In this document: positions 63,699 to 64,000 of the stretch, piece after piece
Position numbering within the stretch: position 1 is the first letter of the stretch
Layout of the letters: every line of letters begins with the position of its first letter
NCBI GenBank assembly: GCA_030041155.1
Contig: JASHOJ010000187.1
Span: forward strand, 1,446-65,445
DNA length: 64,000 bases
DNA from: Candidatus Binataceae bacterium
Lineage (GTDB): Bacteria > Desulfobacterota > Binatia > Binatales > Binataceae
Direction: 5' to 3'
The notes under the pieces: model-generated
The model's input: the letters and a program-made list of their open reading frames with translations, nothing else
Told to the model about the DNA's origin: nothing
Databases searched by the model: none
Translations under genes and position numbers: made by a program

Positions 63699-64000
63699 CT
63701 AATCAAGGCCGCGAGTGGCGATCACTTCCTTAGCCGGCGAGCGGTCTCCGGTGCAGTTGATCATCCGCGGCGCATCGATAAGACGAAGGCGGAATCCTAG
63801 CTCTCTGTAGAGCAGGATAATCCTATCGGTTGCTTGATTGGAAAGGACCGCGGGGCCTTTATGCCGCGCTATTCACTCGGCCAGGCGAACCTGATCCTTC
63901 CAGTCGAATCTTTCTTTCGAGTAAGACCTGAATTCCACGTCATAAGGCGGGTCAGCATAGATGAAGTCGTCTGGCAAGGTCACAAGCTTATCGAAGTCGC
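63699..64000 (-). pseudogene. Dam-like N6-adenine DNA methyltransferase, 3' part, with in-frame TGA stop (N-terminus beyond window)
   Basis: Minus-strand translation 'DFDKLVTLPDDFIYADPPYDVEFRSYSKERFDWKDQVRLAE*IARHKGPAVLSNQATDRIILLYRELGFRLRLIDAPRMIN...' has the DPPY motif and a Dam C-terminus. An in-frame TGA lies at plus-strand 63873-63875. Confidence 0.55.

Noticed and set aside
1-64000. CRISPR arrays and rRNA genes
   Set aside because: No regularly spaced short direct repeats with unique spacers, and no rRNA-like conserved segments, were seen. The repeats found are coding (NHL) or att-associated.

Overview
High-GC (~60%) bacterial chromosomal window. Positions 1 to about 49.2 kb read as one integrative and conjugative element (ICE) inserted at a tRNA gene. 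At the left edge are a tyrosine integrase (minus strand, C-terminus beyond the window start), an AlpA-like excisionase and an SSB. A complete minus-strand P-type (IncP/Tn4371-like) conjugation module follows: TraI/TrwC relaxase, TraG/VirD4 coupling protein, TraF, and TrbB-C-D-E-J-(K-like lipoprotein)-L-F-G-I, mostly with overlapping start/stop codons. Next on the minus strand are an ImmA/IrrE-type metallopeptidase with an XRE repressor, and an ArdC antirestriction protein; a plus-strand BrnT/BrnA toxin-antitoxin pair follows. A ~27-kb plus-strand defence cargo follows. (1) A tightly packed 5-gene operon behind a consensus sigma70 promoter: a DndB-like DGQHR protein, a PC4-like ssDNA-binding protein, a phospholipase-D (PLD)-SNF2 helicase fusion, a PglX/DrmMI-like N6-adenine methyltransferase (MTase), and an SF1 helicase with a C-terminal nuclease fold. 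I think this is a DISARM-like or split-Type-ISP-like system that is not described in this form. (2) A translationally coupled C2H2-zinc-finger / coiled-coil / Hsp70-like ATPase trio, then an FRG-domain protein with an unknown partner. (3) A MerR-like HTH, a second PglX-like MTase and a small PD-(D/E)xK nuclease. (4) A HEPN-motif protein. (5) A CapRel-like RelA/SpoT fused toxin-antitoxin candidate. The element ends at a 3' tRNA fragment (49197-49235, probable attR) preceded by 2 x 22-bp tandem repeats. To the right are what looks like a decayed second element (a trbF 5' fragment and a nucleotidyltransferase-fold protein), then housekeeping genes (BNR/Asp-box protein, CPA2 antiporter, NHL-repeat protein, NikR). 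There is also an animal-like ether-lipid gene pair (alkyl-DHAP synthase-like FAD oxidase plus DHAP/G3P acyltransferase), PanE, and a Dam-like MTase pseudogene with an in-frame TGA. No rRNA, intact tRNA or CRISPR array was seen.
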